This document shows positions 30,975 through 40,879 of a stretch of DNA of 64,000 nucleotides, in pieces (the first letter of the stretch is position 1; every line of letters starts with the position of its first letter). This DNA is from an uncultured bacterium (GTDB taxonomy: Bacteria > Zixibacteria > MSB-5A5 > CAIYYT01). Made by a program: the position numbers and the translations under genes. The notes below the pieces were generated by a model. That model had not been told where the DNA came from and ran no database searches. It saw nothing but the letters and a program-made list of their open reading frames with translations. The stretch lies in NCBI GenBank assembly GCA_963726455.1, contig CAVSCK010000004.1, positions 1,536,001 to 1,600,000 on the forward strand, written 5' to 3'.

Positions 30975-33900
30975 ATGAATATCTTTCCCGAGTCTGCGGG
31001 GCTGCACGGGGCAGAGCTTATTGGGGAGGGCGGCACAGGTCTCGTTTATTCAGCATATGCTGCGCCACAGCAGCGCATTGCCGTCAAAGTTGCCATCAAC
31101 GACAGTCCCGCAACTCGGAAACTGTTCCACACCGAATACACGCTTCTCCGAAGTTTATCGCATCCCGGCATAATCAAACTGCACGATTTCGGTTATACCA
31201 CCGACAACCGCCCCTACTTCGTCATGGAGCTTCTGTCGGGAGGTGACCTGTACAGCTTCACCGACCGCCTGGCTCCCAAAGACCGCTTCCACCCGCTGGG
31301 ACGAATCCTGCCGGCGCTCGAATACCTGCATCGCCTAGATATCATTCACCGCGATCTCAAGGGCGAAAACGTCCTTTTCGATGCCGAGCACCGTCCGCGT
31401 CTGACCGATCTGGGCCTGGCGACCGGCTGCTGCGATAACGATACCGCGCGCGCCGGAACTGTCGAATACATGGCGCCGGAAATTATCGATAAGTGCGAAG
31501 CAACGCCGGCGGCGGACATCTACTCGCTCGGCGTGATGCTCTACCGCATGGCCACCGGACGCCTGCCGTTTACCTCGGATGATCCCTTGCAGATCATTTC
31601 ACTGAAACATGATCACAACGACGTCGACGTAAGCGAACTGAATTCAATTGTAACTCCCCGATTTGCACAGCTCGTTCGCCGCTGCCTCGATCCCGAGCCG
31701 GCACAACGGCCCAAGTCAGTTGGTGATATCGCCGAGCAACTGCAAGTTGACGGACTCATCGACGACAGCGATCTCGATCCATCCACGGCTCGAAGTTATC
31801 TGCACCACTACCTGTGGGCTTACAACGTAAGCTTTATCAAACAGGAAATACCGGCGGTCGAACACGATTTTCTGATCAACGACGCTTATCAGGGAGAAAC
31901 TACGCGTCTCCTCGACGCGATCTCCGATCATTTGCAGATTGCAGGATTCGCTGTATCGCGAACTAGTCAGGCACAAATCACTTATTCGCTCAGCGATGGC
32001 GCGAGCCACGTCGTGCGACTGGGCGGAACCAGCCCGACCTCGCACAATTTCCGTCAAGTCTCGTATGCGGAGCTGGATCGGTTTGCCTTCGATGCCATTC
32101 TCAGGAAGCTTTTTCCGTCCGGATACGATGCCGGTGTGACGGACATGCTGTATCGCCTCAGCGGCGGCAATATGGCCCTGATTAATCTGCTCCTGCTGCA
32201 GTTTGAAGATCAGGGATTGCTCAACGTCAAGGCCGGCAGAATCACGCTGCCACGCGACCAGGTCTTCCGCTTCCAGCCGTCGGAGGAATACTTCGACGCT
32301 GTGGCGTTGATGTTGCCCTCCGTCAATGAGGGTTCACTGGCAGCCGTGTCGCTCTTTGCCGCGGACGCCTTTGACAATCCTCATGATATTGTGGTCGAAA
32401 GCGCAAGTATCAGTGCGATCGATCTCGAGGACCTGATCGTTTCCGGGATTTTGACATCTGACACTTTTCAATTTGTCAAGACCTACTACCGCGAGTATTT
32501 CTACGGCCGCCTGTCGCAGGAAGAGAAAGTATCGCTGCATTGCGAATGGGTTGCCCTGCTGGACAATGGACTGGTAGTCACCGACGTCGATCTCGACGAG
32601 CAGTTGTTCTACCATCTGGCCGGCGCGGGCCGCGCGGAACCGGCTGCCGAAGTCGCGGTTCAGCTTGCCGAGCGTTTCCGCAGCGAACAGAAACCTGATC
32701 GTGCACGCGCATATCTGACGCAAGCGCAGTCGCTCCCGATGAACGAAATTGGGCTTGATCTTCGAGTGAAACTCCTGATGATTTCGGGAGACATCCGCAA
32801 GGACGCCGGCGATTATGACCGCGCTATCTCCGATTATGCCCGCTTGATTCGGCTGGCAACTCGCTCCGGCAACAATGCCATGCTGGCAGAGGCGTACAAG
32901 GATCTCGGCGACGTTTACAAGAGCAAACGTGATTACCGCCGCGGCAACCACGTGCTCGACCACGCCGTCGGGCTTTACGGCAAGCTGGGCGATGAGCTCG
33001 AACTTTCGCACTGCTTCAATAATATCGGCAATATCCAATGGCTGATCGGCGACTTGTCCGGCGCCGCGATCAACTATGAAACGGCACTGGAAGTTCAAAG
33101 GCATCTGGGGGCCCGACGGGACATTGCTTCAACCCTGAGCAATCTTGGCACCGTGAAACTCGTGCAGAAGCACATCGCGGAAGGTATTCGGCTCTGCGAG
33201 GAATCGCTGGCCATCAAACAGGAAATCGGTGACTGGCCGGAGTACGCGCGCACTGCCAACAACCTGGGCGCCATTTATTACGAAATTGAGGACCTGCAGA
33301 AAGCAACAGACTATCTTGAACGAATCGTTGCGCATCAACCTGACCCAGGGTGCGGAAAAGGAAATCCTTTACAATTACGAAAATCTTTACGAGGTCGAGT
33401 GGCGTCGCGGCAACTATCAGAAGGCCGCCGACTGGTTATTCTCCGGATTTCGGCTCGCAAAACAGAACGACTTCTCACACCGCGCGAATTTCGCCACGAT
33501 GCTCGCGTCACTCATGCTCATTACCGGCCGCTACCGCCGCGCCGCCGGACTATTGGACGTTGCCGGGCGTCTGGAGCACAACGTCGATGACCAGACATTA
33601 ACGCTCCGGTTGACGGAAGAGCGCGCCGAATACCATCGTCTTCTTGGCGATCACTCGCGGGCAAGCATATTCACTCTTGAAGCCATGGCGCACGCCGAGA
33701 AGCTCGACGAACCGAAGAGCAAGGCCAGATCATTCCTCACACAGGCGCGATTAGCGGCCGCTGCCCGAGAACAGGAATCGGCGGTTTGGGAATTCCTGCG
33801 GCAGGCGGAGGAAATTCTCGCCGGACTGCCGTTGCAGCGCGAGAAATTGACGATCCGGCTCGATCGCGTCCAGTTCCTGCTGGATTTGGGGTCGCTGTCA

Positions 33901-34293
33901 CTGGCGCAGGAAGTGTTCGAGCAGATCAGATTGATGCCGCAATTCGAGGGCATTAACACGTTTGAAGCGCGGATCAACTACATCAACGGTCAAATTGAAT
34001 CGCACAACAACCGCCACAAGCGCGCAGTCACGCTGTTCCATGACGCTTATATTGCCGCCAAGACTCTTCCCAACCCGGAACAAACCTGGCGATCACTGGC
34101 GGCGCTCGGTGAAACATATCAGACGCTCACCGAATACGAACGCGCCTTCAAGTGCTTTATCGAGGCGTTTGAAACATTGAAAGAACTAGCGGAGGGAATT
34201 GTAGATCCTGCCCTTAAGCAGCGCTATTTGTCGGATCCCGCCAAGCTTAGAATCGCTGAGAAGCTCGAGGAGATGTCAACGCTCGCGACCTAA
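30975..34293 (+). CDS. Hanks-type Ser/Thr kinase with degenerate NTPase region and TPR repeats, frameshifted near 33320
   Basis: GEGGTG, VAVK-like IAVK, HRDLKGEN, DLG, GTVEYMAPE; TPRs NNIG/SNLG/NNLG; continues in ORF 33229-34293. Confidence 0.88.
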
Positions 34294-34329
34294 AAAAAGA
34301 AGAGGACCGTCATGGGGACAGTCCTCTTC
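34292..34329 (-). terminator. Intrinsic terminator of the small peptide gene
   Basis: Minus strand gaagaggac-tgtc..gacg-gtcctcttc plus T7; the 34308/34320 pair is a G-U wobble only on the minus strand. Confidence 0.85.
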
Positions 34330-34357
34330 AATGACCGGTCTGAGGTTGCTGGAGTTA

Positions 34358-34435
34358 CTATTGTCCACCCTGGCTGAAACCACCTGGGGCGACTTTCTCC
34401 TCGAGCACCTCAATCATCAGATTGTATAACTCCAA
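34358..34435 (-). CDS. 25-aa putative precursor peptide MELYNLMIEVLEEKVAPGGFSQGGQ
   Basis: TTG start 5 nt after GGAGGAGGTG (34441-34450), tandem TAG TAA stops, own promoter and terminator, acidic IEVLEEKVAP leader-like motif, adjacent RRE-M50 peptidase. Confidence 0.8.
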   Translation of the reverse strand: MELYNLMIEVLEEKVAPGGFSQGGQ

Positions 34436-34436
34436 A

Positions 34437-34497
34437 ACTTCACCTCCTCCCATGAGTTCAGTGAACCGGTATTCACGGCGCCAAGGTGAAGTGGCGC
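34437..34497 (-). promoter_or_regulatory. Structured 5' UTR with a hairpin loop complementary to the RBS
   Basis: gcgcca-CTTCACCT-tggcgc loop is complementary to AGGTGAAG in the SD region; gtgaa/ttcac hairpin lies between. Confidence 0.5.
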
Positions 34498-34594
34498 ACG
34501 TGTTTTTCTTTTATCGCAGGGCTCCCGTTTTCGGGCCTCCCGATGATACTCGCTGTTTTTGGCAATTATGCCACGTCGATGCAATGTCCATATT

Positions 34595-34622
34595 AAGATA
34601 AAATGGAGTCCGAGTTTGTCAA
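34595..34622 (-). promoter_or_regulatory. Sigma70 promoter TTGACA-N16-TATCTT for the peptide gene
   Basis: Consensus -35 at 34617-34622, -10 at 34595-34600. Confidence 0.6.
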
Positions 34623-34726
34623 GATAAATTTGAGTTTGTAGGTCGATTTTCCTGTACAAACTGGACGTATACCCAACATTTGGTGTTTTGTCGTCTTTTG
34701 CCAGCCCATATATTGATTTCCAGCCC

Positions 34727-36982
34727 CTAAAACCAGGACCAAAATTCGAGTCGGAAGAACCTCGATATCTTCCTAAACAGCAATTCCGACCAGGGAGACT
34801 CGGCCGCAATCGACCTTGGCATACCCCGACATCTCGGGTAGCAGAAAGTGATTTTCGTTCGCGACAGCCGCTACCGCCTTCAATTGAGGTGACATTTTGA
34901 ACTTAAGAACCTTGCCCAAGTGTGGCGTCCCCGGAAAGGCGCTGACCCGCAATTCTACGGCGGCGCCGGGGTTCAGCAGATCAAGATCAGATTCGCGCAG
35001 ATCGACTTCGACCATCAGCGACTCAGTTCGGGCGAGCTGGAACAAGTCACGGGAATCAGCCGCTCCGACCATAACACCGTCAAAGGGGCTGATAATCGTC
35101 GACGCCGCCAGTTGACTCTTCAAATAGTCGACGCGCGCATGTCAGTTTCTCTATGTCGGCATCGATCCTCTCGACCGCGGCCGCCTTGGGAGCTGATTTT
35201 AGCAGTTTAAGTTCGCTTTTCTGGGCATCCCATGACGACGGGGCGATCTTGAACTGCGAAACCGAGCGCTCGTAATCGTCGTCGGAAATCAGCTTCTTCG
35301 AATGCAATTCCTTCACGCGATTGAATTCCTGCCGGGAAGACTCATACACCGCTTCCGCCTGCTGGATATCGGCGCGTTTCGTGGCAACTTCCTCGGCCTT
35401 GGGATCGGACAGCAACAAGCGCCGGTCCGCTTCAGCGCGTTTCAGATCCGACAGCGCCTCAGCCAGCGAACCCGAATTCAGAGTCGAGTTGATCGTTAGG
35501 AGCGTGTCGCCGGCGTGAACGGTATCGCCGATCGGAATATCGCGGTTGAATTTGTGTGATTGCGTAATCGGAAGCTGTAAGCTGGAATATTTGCGAGGTT
35601 TCGAAATCTTCAACGCCGCCGCGGAAATAGCGCCCCTCGATCAAGCTCGGTCCCACGCGCTTGACGACATACGATTCCGCTGCCAGTACACGTGCCGGTC
35701 CGCCGGTTGTCTGACCTACTCGAATCAGAACTGCCGGCCAGTACCACCAAAACAATAATGCCGACATAAATTGCGATGCGCTTCGGTTTCATCCAGACCT
35801 TTTTTCGCTCCCGCCATACGGACGATAAGCGCCTGCGACCATCTAACCAAAAGCCTTTTGAAAATAAGCAAACTCAGAGCGATGAACAACACAAATCCGA
35901 AACCGCTCCATTTCCCTATCAGAAACTCGCCGCCCCGGTAGAGCAGGAAGATTATCAGGAACAGCGAGTAGGCGATCGCCAACAGGCCATACCAACGGTA
36001 AATCCTGCCTTTCACGTGGTGTGGCAATGATGTCCGCAGGTGCGCACCCGAAGAGTTGGTCCTGATGCGCGCCCAGATGTAGCTGAAAGCTTTCTGGCGC
36101 AGGTTCGGGATGCGCAGATAGTCGGCAAGCAGGTAGTAACCGTCCAGCTTGATCGCCGGATTGAGATTAAACGCCGTGGTCGCAAAACAGACGGCAGCGA
36201 TCAAATAGAAGATGCGGTTCAGAAAATAGCCCTCGACGGTCACGCGCCAGAGGAGCGTAAACAGTCCCCAGAGAACCGCCTGCGCCAGAACTCCGGCTAG
36301 CCGTGACCAACAGCCGTTCGCGGCGATTCGGGAACAGGTAGGCGTCCGAGACATTGCAGTAGAAGCAGGGCTGAAAATAGAGCAGCAGGAACCCCATTTC
36401 GCGCACATTGCCGCCATATCGGCGACAAGTCAGCGCGTGGGCAAACTCATGTACGACCGTGATGACAAACAACGAGGCAATAATCGTCACAATATCCGCA
36501 GCCCGAAATATTGCCGTGATGCTGAAAGGAAATCGTTCGATATTCGCGAAGAAGACGATCCCGCCTACAACCACGATTAGTGCCTGCAGCCAGATCGCCG
36601 GCAGCGACATCAGCCAGCGTACTTTGGGATACAGTCGATTGAGAATTTGCTCCGGGTTGAAAGCCTTGAGTGGAATGAAAAGCGCTGATCGCCGCCGCGT
36701 TGTTCTGGCGATGGTGCCTTCGAAAAACCCCAGTTCGCCGATACGGCCAGCGAATTGGTCAACTGCTTCCGGAGTAATTGTCTTATTGAAGGTTTTGATG
36801 AACAGGTCAGCCGCATCTGCCGACGTGCGGGTGCCGTCCAGCGACGCCAGCAGGAAATACTCCGGCTCCCTCAGGCGGATGAATTTGCCTGAGACCGGTT
36901 CTTTGATGGTGTAATAGACAACCCCGTCGACAGCTTCCTGCTGCAGCCGGAGATCATCCTTAATCTTCGGATATGAGATCAT
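34727..36982 (-). CDS. RRE/PqqD-like domain + M50 intramembrane zinc protease + HlyD-type adaptor fusion, about 750 aa, several frameshifts
   Basis: YYTIKEPVSGKFIRL..YFLLASLDGTRT (PqqD-like), HEFAH, FNLNPAIKLDGY, GDTVHAGDTL lipoyl half, coiled coil, ISPFDG, LLPEMSGYAKV; reconstructed end RFFRLEFWSWF with stop at 34727. Confidence 0.85.
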
Positions 36983-37094
36983 GGCGCTTTCCCGTAAGAG
37001 ATAATGCCGGATTGTATGCGCCAGGTCAACGGGAATTGTGGCAATGTGGATTCGCTCTCGCAGGAATCAACCGCGAGGCACAGTCAACTGCCCG

Positions 37095-38294
37095 CTAAAA
37101 CGACAATCGTAGTCGGGCGAATTTCGTACCGCTTAAGGCCATGTTGTCCAGCAAAGGATATTTGGCATAGTCATATGACAGATCAAAACTGCGCACCGTG
37201 CGTCCGGTAAAACCATCGCCCAACTTCAGTAAATTCACATTTTCCAGCCAGAGGATTGCACCGTTGAGACTAAGTCCGAAGCCGTCGGTGTCGAAATTCA
37301 TGCGCCCGTTATCGAGGTTATATTTCCCGGTGCGCACGTAACCGATACCGAGCAAGCCAATTTCCAATCCCCACTTCTTCACACTGACGTCGCTGCCGTA
37401 TAGCTCCTTTTCGGTTTCTGAGGCGAACTGGACCGATATCGCTGTGGCTTCTCTCACTTTGAGCGAGGAATATATCGACAACCCGACTCTGCTGATTTTG
37501 GGCAGTCTATCACTCTGAGCTGCCTGCGGGTAGGTGAACGGGTCTCCAGTATTGAGTTTTGCGTAAGCCACGGAAGGCGTCAACTCAAATCCGAAAGTCC
37601 GCTCGGAATTGCCACCGTTCCACTTATCAGTCAGTATCTTGCCGATGGGAAGCTCAAGGATTGCGCCGATGTCGTGGGCCGTCGCCTTGCCGCCAAGACT
37701 ACTGCCGTGACCTCCAGAAAACGAAGTTAAGTGGGAGACAATCTTTTTGTACGTGTAGCCGATCCCGATTCTAAAGTAATACTCCACTCCCACGGCCGCA
37801 GAGTACATGTCCGCCTTATCGTATGCCTCGATAGACAGGTTTTCAGTCCCTTCATATGCGCCAACATAGATCTTGCCGTAGTCCAATTTGGTCCGCGAAT
37901 ACGCGACAGACGCTGCGTAATTCAGATCGGAATTGGCCCCGTGTGACAGCCAATGGCGCGACACTCCGCCACTGGCGTTGAATGTTGTTGTGTTGAAGTC
38001 ATCAGTAAGCTCTGGGAGCCACTTGGTCTTGGCCGGAGCGGTGATGGCAAAGATTTTCTGCAGGTGCAATAATCCAAGCGAACCGGGATTGTACAGGACC
38101 GATTCCTCATTGACCATGTTGACTACACACTGTCCCATGCCATTAGCCCTGGCGGAATGGGAGATGTTCAAAAACAAGACTCCGGCGCCGCCAACTTTCT
38201 CCTGCGCGCTGATCTGGCCGGTAGCGACCAGCACGGCAATTATCGCCAGCACGGCTACCGGCAAATTGAACCAGGACTTGCTTTTCGAATGCAT
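37095..38294 (-). CDS. PorV/PorQ-like outer-membrane barrel
   Basis: Signal peptide, FLNISHSARANGMG..YNPGSL, terminal Phe. Confidence 0.7.
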   Translation of the reverse strand: MHSKSKSWFNLPVAVLAIIAVLVATGQISAQEKVGGAGVLFLNISHSARANGMGQCVVNMVNEESVLYNPGSLGLLHLQKIFAITAPAKTKWLPELTDDFNTTTFNASGGVSRHWLSHGANSDLNYAASVAYSRTKLDYGKIYVGAYEGTENLSIEAYDKADMYSAAVGVEYYFRIGIGYTYKKIVSHLTSFSGGHGSSLGGKATAHDIGAILELPIGKILTDKWNGGNSERTFGFELTPSVAYAKLNTGDPFTYPQAAQSDRLPKISRVGLSIYSSLKVREATAISVQFASETEKELYGSDVSVKKWGLEIGLLGIGYVRTGKYNLDNGRMNFDTDGFGLSLNGAILWLENVNLLKLGDGFTGRTVRSFDLSYDYAKYPLLDNMALSGTKFARLRLSF

Positions 38295-38440
38295 GTCTAC
38301 CCACCACTTCGCATTGTTACGTAATTGAAAATGGTTCCCGCCATAGAGTGTAATCCAAAGCGAGCAAGGTCATTCTTGATTAGGTACAAGGTTGGGTTTT
38401 GTCGGGAGAAAGTCAAGTCGAAAGAGAGTGCCAGGCCGAC

Positions 38441-38827
38441 CTAGAGAATTCTTCTGAGGATCAGTATGACGCAGACAGCGAAGACCACCCAGAGGAGAAC
38501 GATCACTCCGGCCGCGATGGCTGCGGCGCGCACGGCGGACTGAATTGTCAGCGGCGCCTGCCTACGGCAATCATCCAGAACGTCGCGGGGAATCAAACGC
38601 ACGGCCAGCGCGATGCCGAGCGAGATGATCAGCAGGTCATCGAGGTAGCCGAGAATCGGTATGAAGTCGGGAACGAGGTCGATCGGGCTGAGAGCATAGC
38701 CCACGACAGATGCTACAACCGCCTTGGCGTACCAAGGTGTGCGCGAGTCTTTGGCTGCAAGGTAGAGTGTGTAGGCCTCCAACTTGAGATCGGAACCGAT
38801 CTTGCGCCAGCGACGCAGTTTACCCAT
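38441..38827 (-). CDS. YkvA / DUF1232 membrane protein
   Basis: TPWYAK..YALSPIDLVPDFIPILGYLDD. Confidence 0.92.
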   Translation of the reverse strand: MGKLRRWRKIGSDLKLEAYTLYLAAKDSRTPWYAKAVVASVVGYALSPIDLVPDFIPILGYLDDLLIISLGIALAVRLIPRDVLDDCRRQAPLTIQSAVRAAAIAAGVIVLLWVVFAVCVILILRRIL

Positions 38828-38868
38828 CAGCAGTGATGCTCCGACAGAATATTAACAATACACATTGA

Positions 38869-40758
38869 CTACTTGCCGCGTAGGAATTCTTTGATCTTGT
38901 CCGCGACCGTTGCGGTATCGACAATCGCCGGCGACCGCAGGGAATCAATACAAACATACAGCGACGGCTGGTCGGTTGCGGGAAAATTCATGTCCTTTAA
39001 TACGGAATTATCGACGCCGGGTTCAAATTGAAGAACAATTTCGCGTGAAAAATATGTCTTCCAGAATGACCGCAGCAGACTGCGACGCGTATCATCCGGC
39101 TTGCCCACCACCACGAACGTCAACGGCACGCGGCTGTTCCACAGATGTGCCATCGCCAGCTTGCACAGCCGCAAGTCATCCTCGCGGATCGGCGTGTTAA
39201 ATAGATAATTTACGATTCCCACTGCCAAGTTTTTGTATGCTTCATCGGCGGTAAGATGGTAGAGACGCACGAAAGCCACTACGGCGTCGCAATTGTAGTT
39301 GTACGGCTTGAGGGGAACCGACATTCTTCCCGGAAATCCGGCAACGGAAACTTCGTAATGGACACCGCCGGAATCCGGATCAGCAAGATACTTGATCACG
39401 AAATTGGCGATGTCGCGCGCCCTGGCGAGATAATCCTTATTGCCCAGAGTTTCATAGCCGTCCAATAATGCCTGAATGCAGGCAATTTGATCGGGCAGCA
39501 GTCCGAACTCCGATTGCGAAGGGCGCAGCAGATCATGATACAGTCCGGACGATTCACCTTTGGCCTTGACCAAAATCTGATCCAGCGTCTTTGAAGCATA
39601 TTCTCCGTATTCCTGGCGACCGATCACTCGCATTGCCTTGAAGTAAGCCCTCACGGCAGTGCAGTTGGCATCGGTGTACATGGAACTATCGACTCGAGGC
39701 ACGCCATGTCGGAGACGGCCTTCATCGGACAGTGCGAAATACTGTTGCGGGTCAATCGCTCCGGCGCTGATGACTTCCCCCTGCTGGCTGTTGTAGAAAC
39801 CCCAGCCGTCGCCGCTGCGCAGAAAGCGATCGAGGTAACCAACGGTTAACTCGGCGGCGTGTTTGTATTCTTCATCATTCGAGATCAAGTATGCATCGAG
39901 GTAGTTGCTCAGCAATTTGGCATTGCCATCGAGGAGCTTCTCGTGGCTGGCCCCGCTCCAGTCGGCAAAGGCGGCGTAACGATAGAATCCTCCCCAGGTT
40001 GTATCCAGCAACGCGAGCTGAGCGTTGAAAGTCTTCATGATTTCGTTCTTGAAAAGCAGTCCCCCTTGCGGCCCGGTAGCCGTAAACATGAACTCGTAAA
40101 CGTCGGGCAAAGGGAATTTGGGTTGGGTGCCGAAACCGCCGTAAGTGGAATCGTACTGACGGGTTACCACTTGATCGGCAAGCGCAATCGCCACATCGGA
40201 GGGTTTTTGCGGTTTGCTGGATGTCGCGGCCTGTACGAAGAGCTTCTGCAGCTTGTCTGCCTGTCCCAGCACGACCGCTCGATTATCTTTCCAGTATTTG
40301 TCGATCATGGTCAGCAGGAGACGAAGAGAATCAACCGGCAGATTGTTTCCGCCGCCGATGATGCGGGCATCGGGGGTCAGTATAACGCACGATGGATAGC
40401 CACCGAGGTGATAACGGTCATAAATGTCGGGATAGCGATCGGCATCAATCTTAATCGGCAGATAATTATTGCGAATTTCAGCCGCGATTTTGTCGTTGGC
40501 GAGGACTTCCTGCTCCATCCGAGTGCACTGGCCGCACCAGGCCGCCGAAAGGAACAGTAAGATCGGCTTGTTCACACTCTGTGCTTCGGCGAAGGTGGAA
40601 TCTTCCCAGTTGCGCCAGTTTACTTTATCCGTCAAACCCGGGGAACTGTAAGCCACGAATTTCTTCGCCGCCGGCGCCGGTGTTTGGCACTGAATGATGA
40701 ACGCAGAAGAAACGGCGAGAATTGCCAGCAGAGAAACAACAAATCGAGGACGAATCAC
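38869..40758 (-). CDS. Exported DUF255/YyaL-like protein (thioredoxin domain + alpha-toroid)
   Basis: WCGQC, GGYPS, GGFGTQPKFP, GGFYRY, HEKLL; signal peptide. Confidence 0.85.
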   Translation of the reverse strand: MIRPRFVVSLLAILAVSSAFIIQCQTPAPAAKKFVAYSSPGLTDKVNWRNWEDSTFAEAQSVNKPILLFLSAAWCGQCTRMEQEVLANDKIAAEIRNNYLPIKIDADRYPDIYDRYHLGGYPSCVILTPDARIIGGGNNLPVDSLRLLLTMIDKYWKDNRAVVLGQADKLQKLFVQAATSSKPQKPSDVAIALADQVVTRQYDSTYGGFGTQPKFPLPDVYEFMFTATGPQGGLLFKNEIMKTFNAQLALLDTTWGGFYRYAAFADWSGASHEKLLDGNAKLLSNYLDAYLISNDEEYKHAAELTVGYLDRFLRSGDGWGFYNSQQGEVISAGAIDPQQYFALSDEGRLRHGVPRVDSSMYTDANCTAVRAYFKAMRVIGRQEYGEYASKTLDQILVKAKGESSGLYHDLLRPSQSEFGLLPDQIACIQALLDGYETLGNKDYLARARDIANFVIKYLADPDSGGVHYEVSVAGFPGRMSVPLKPYNYNCDAVVAFVRLYHLTADEAYKNLAVGIVNYLFNTPIREDDLRLCKLAMAHLWNSRVPLTFVVVGKPDDTRRSLLRSFWKTYFSREIVLQFEPGVDNSVLKDMNFPATDQPSLYVCIDSLRSPAIVDTATVADKIKEFLRGK

Positions 40759-40764
40759 GGCGTA

Positions 40765-40792
40765 ATTATACGATTCGCAGCCGGAATGTCAA
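40765..40792 (-). promoter_or_regulatory. Consensus sigma70 promoter TTGACA-N16-TATAAT, probably leaderless
   Basis: Both hexamers match consensus; GTG start lies 6 nt downstream of the -10. Confidence 0.7.
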
Positions 40793-40879
40793 TTTGAGAT
40801 TCCTTCGCGCAAAAGTGCCTAACTCGGCAAATGGCTCTTGGAGCTGTTGGAGACTGGGGACTCGGGTAGCGAAAATGGC

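Noticed and set aside
34417-34809. 130-aa minus-strand ORF in the track
   Set aside because: Spans the promoter and UTR of the peptide gene, has no recognisable motif, and the SD fits the TTG at 34435 in another frame.
34358-36982. Calling the locus a daptide gene cluster
   Set aside because: The core lacks the C-terminal Thr and the daptide tailoring enzymes are absent from the window.
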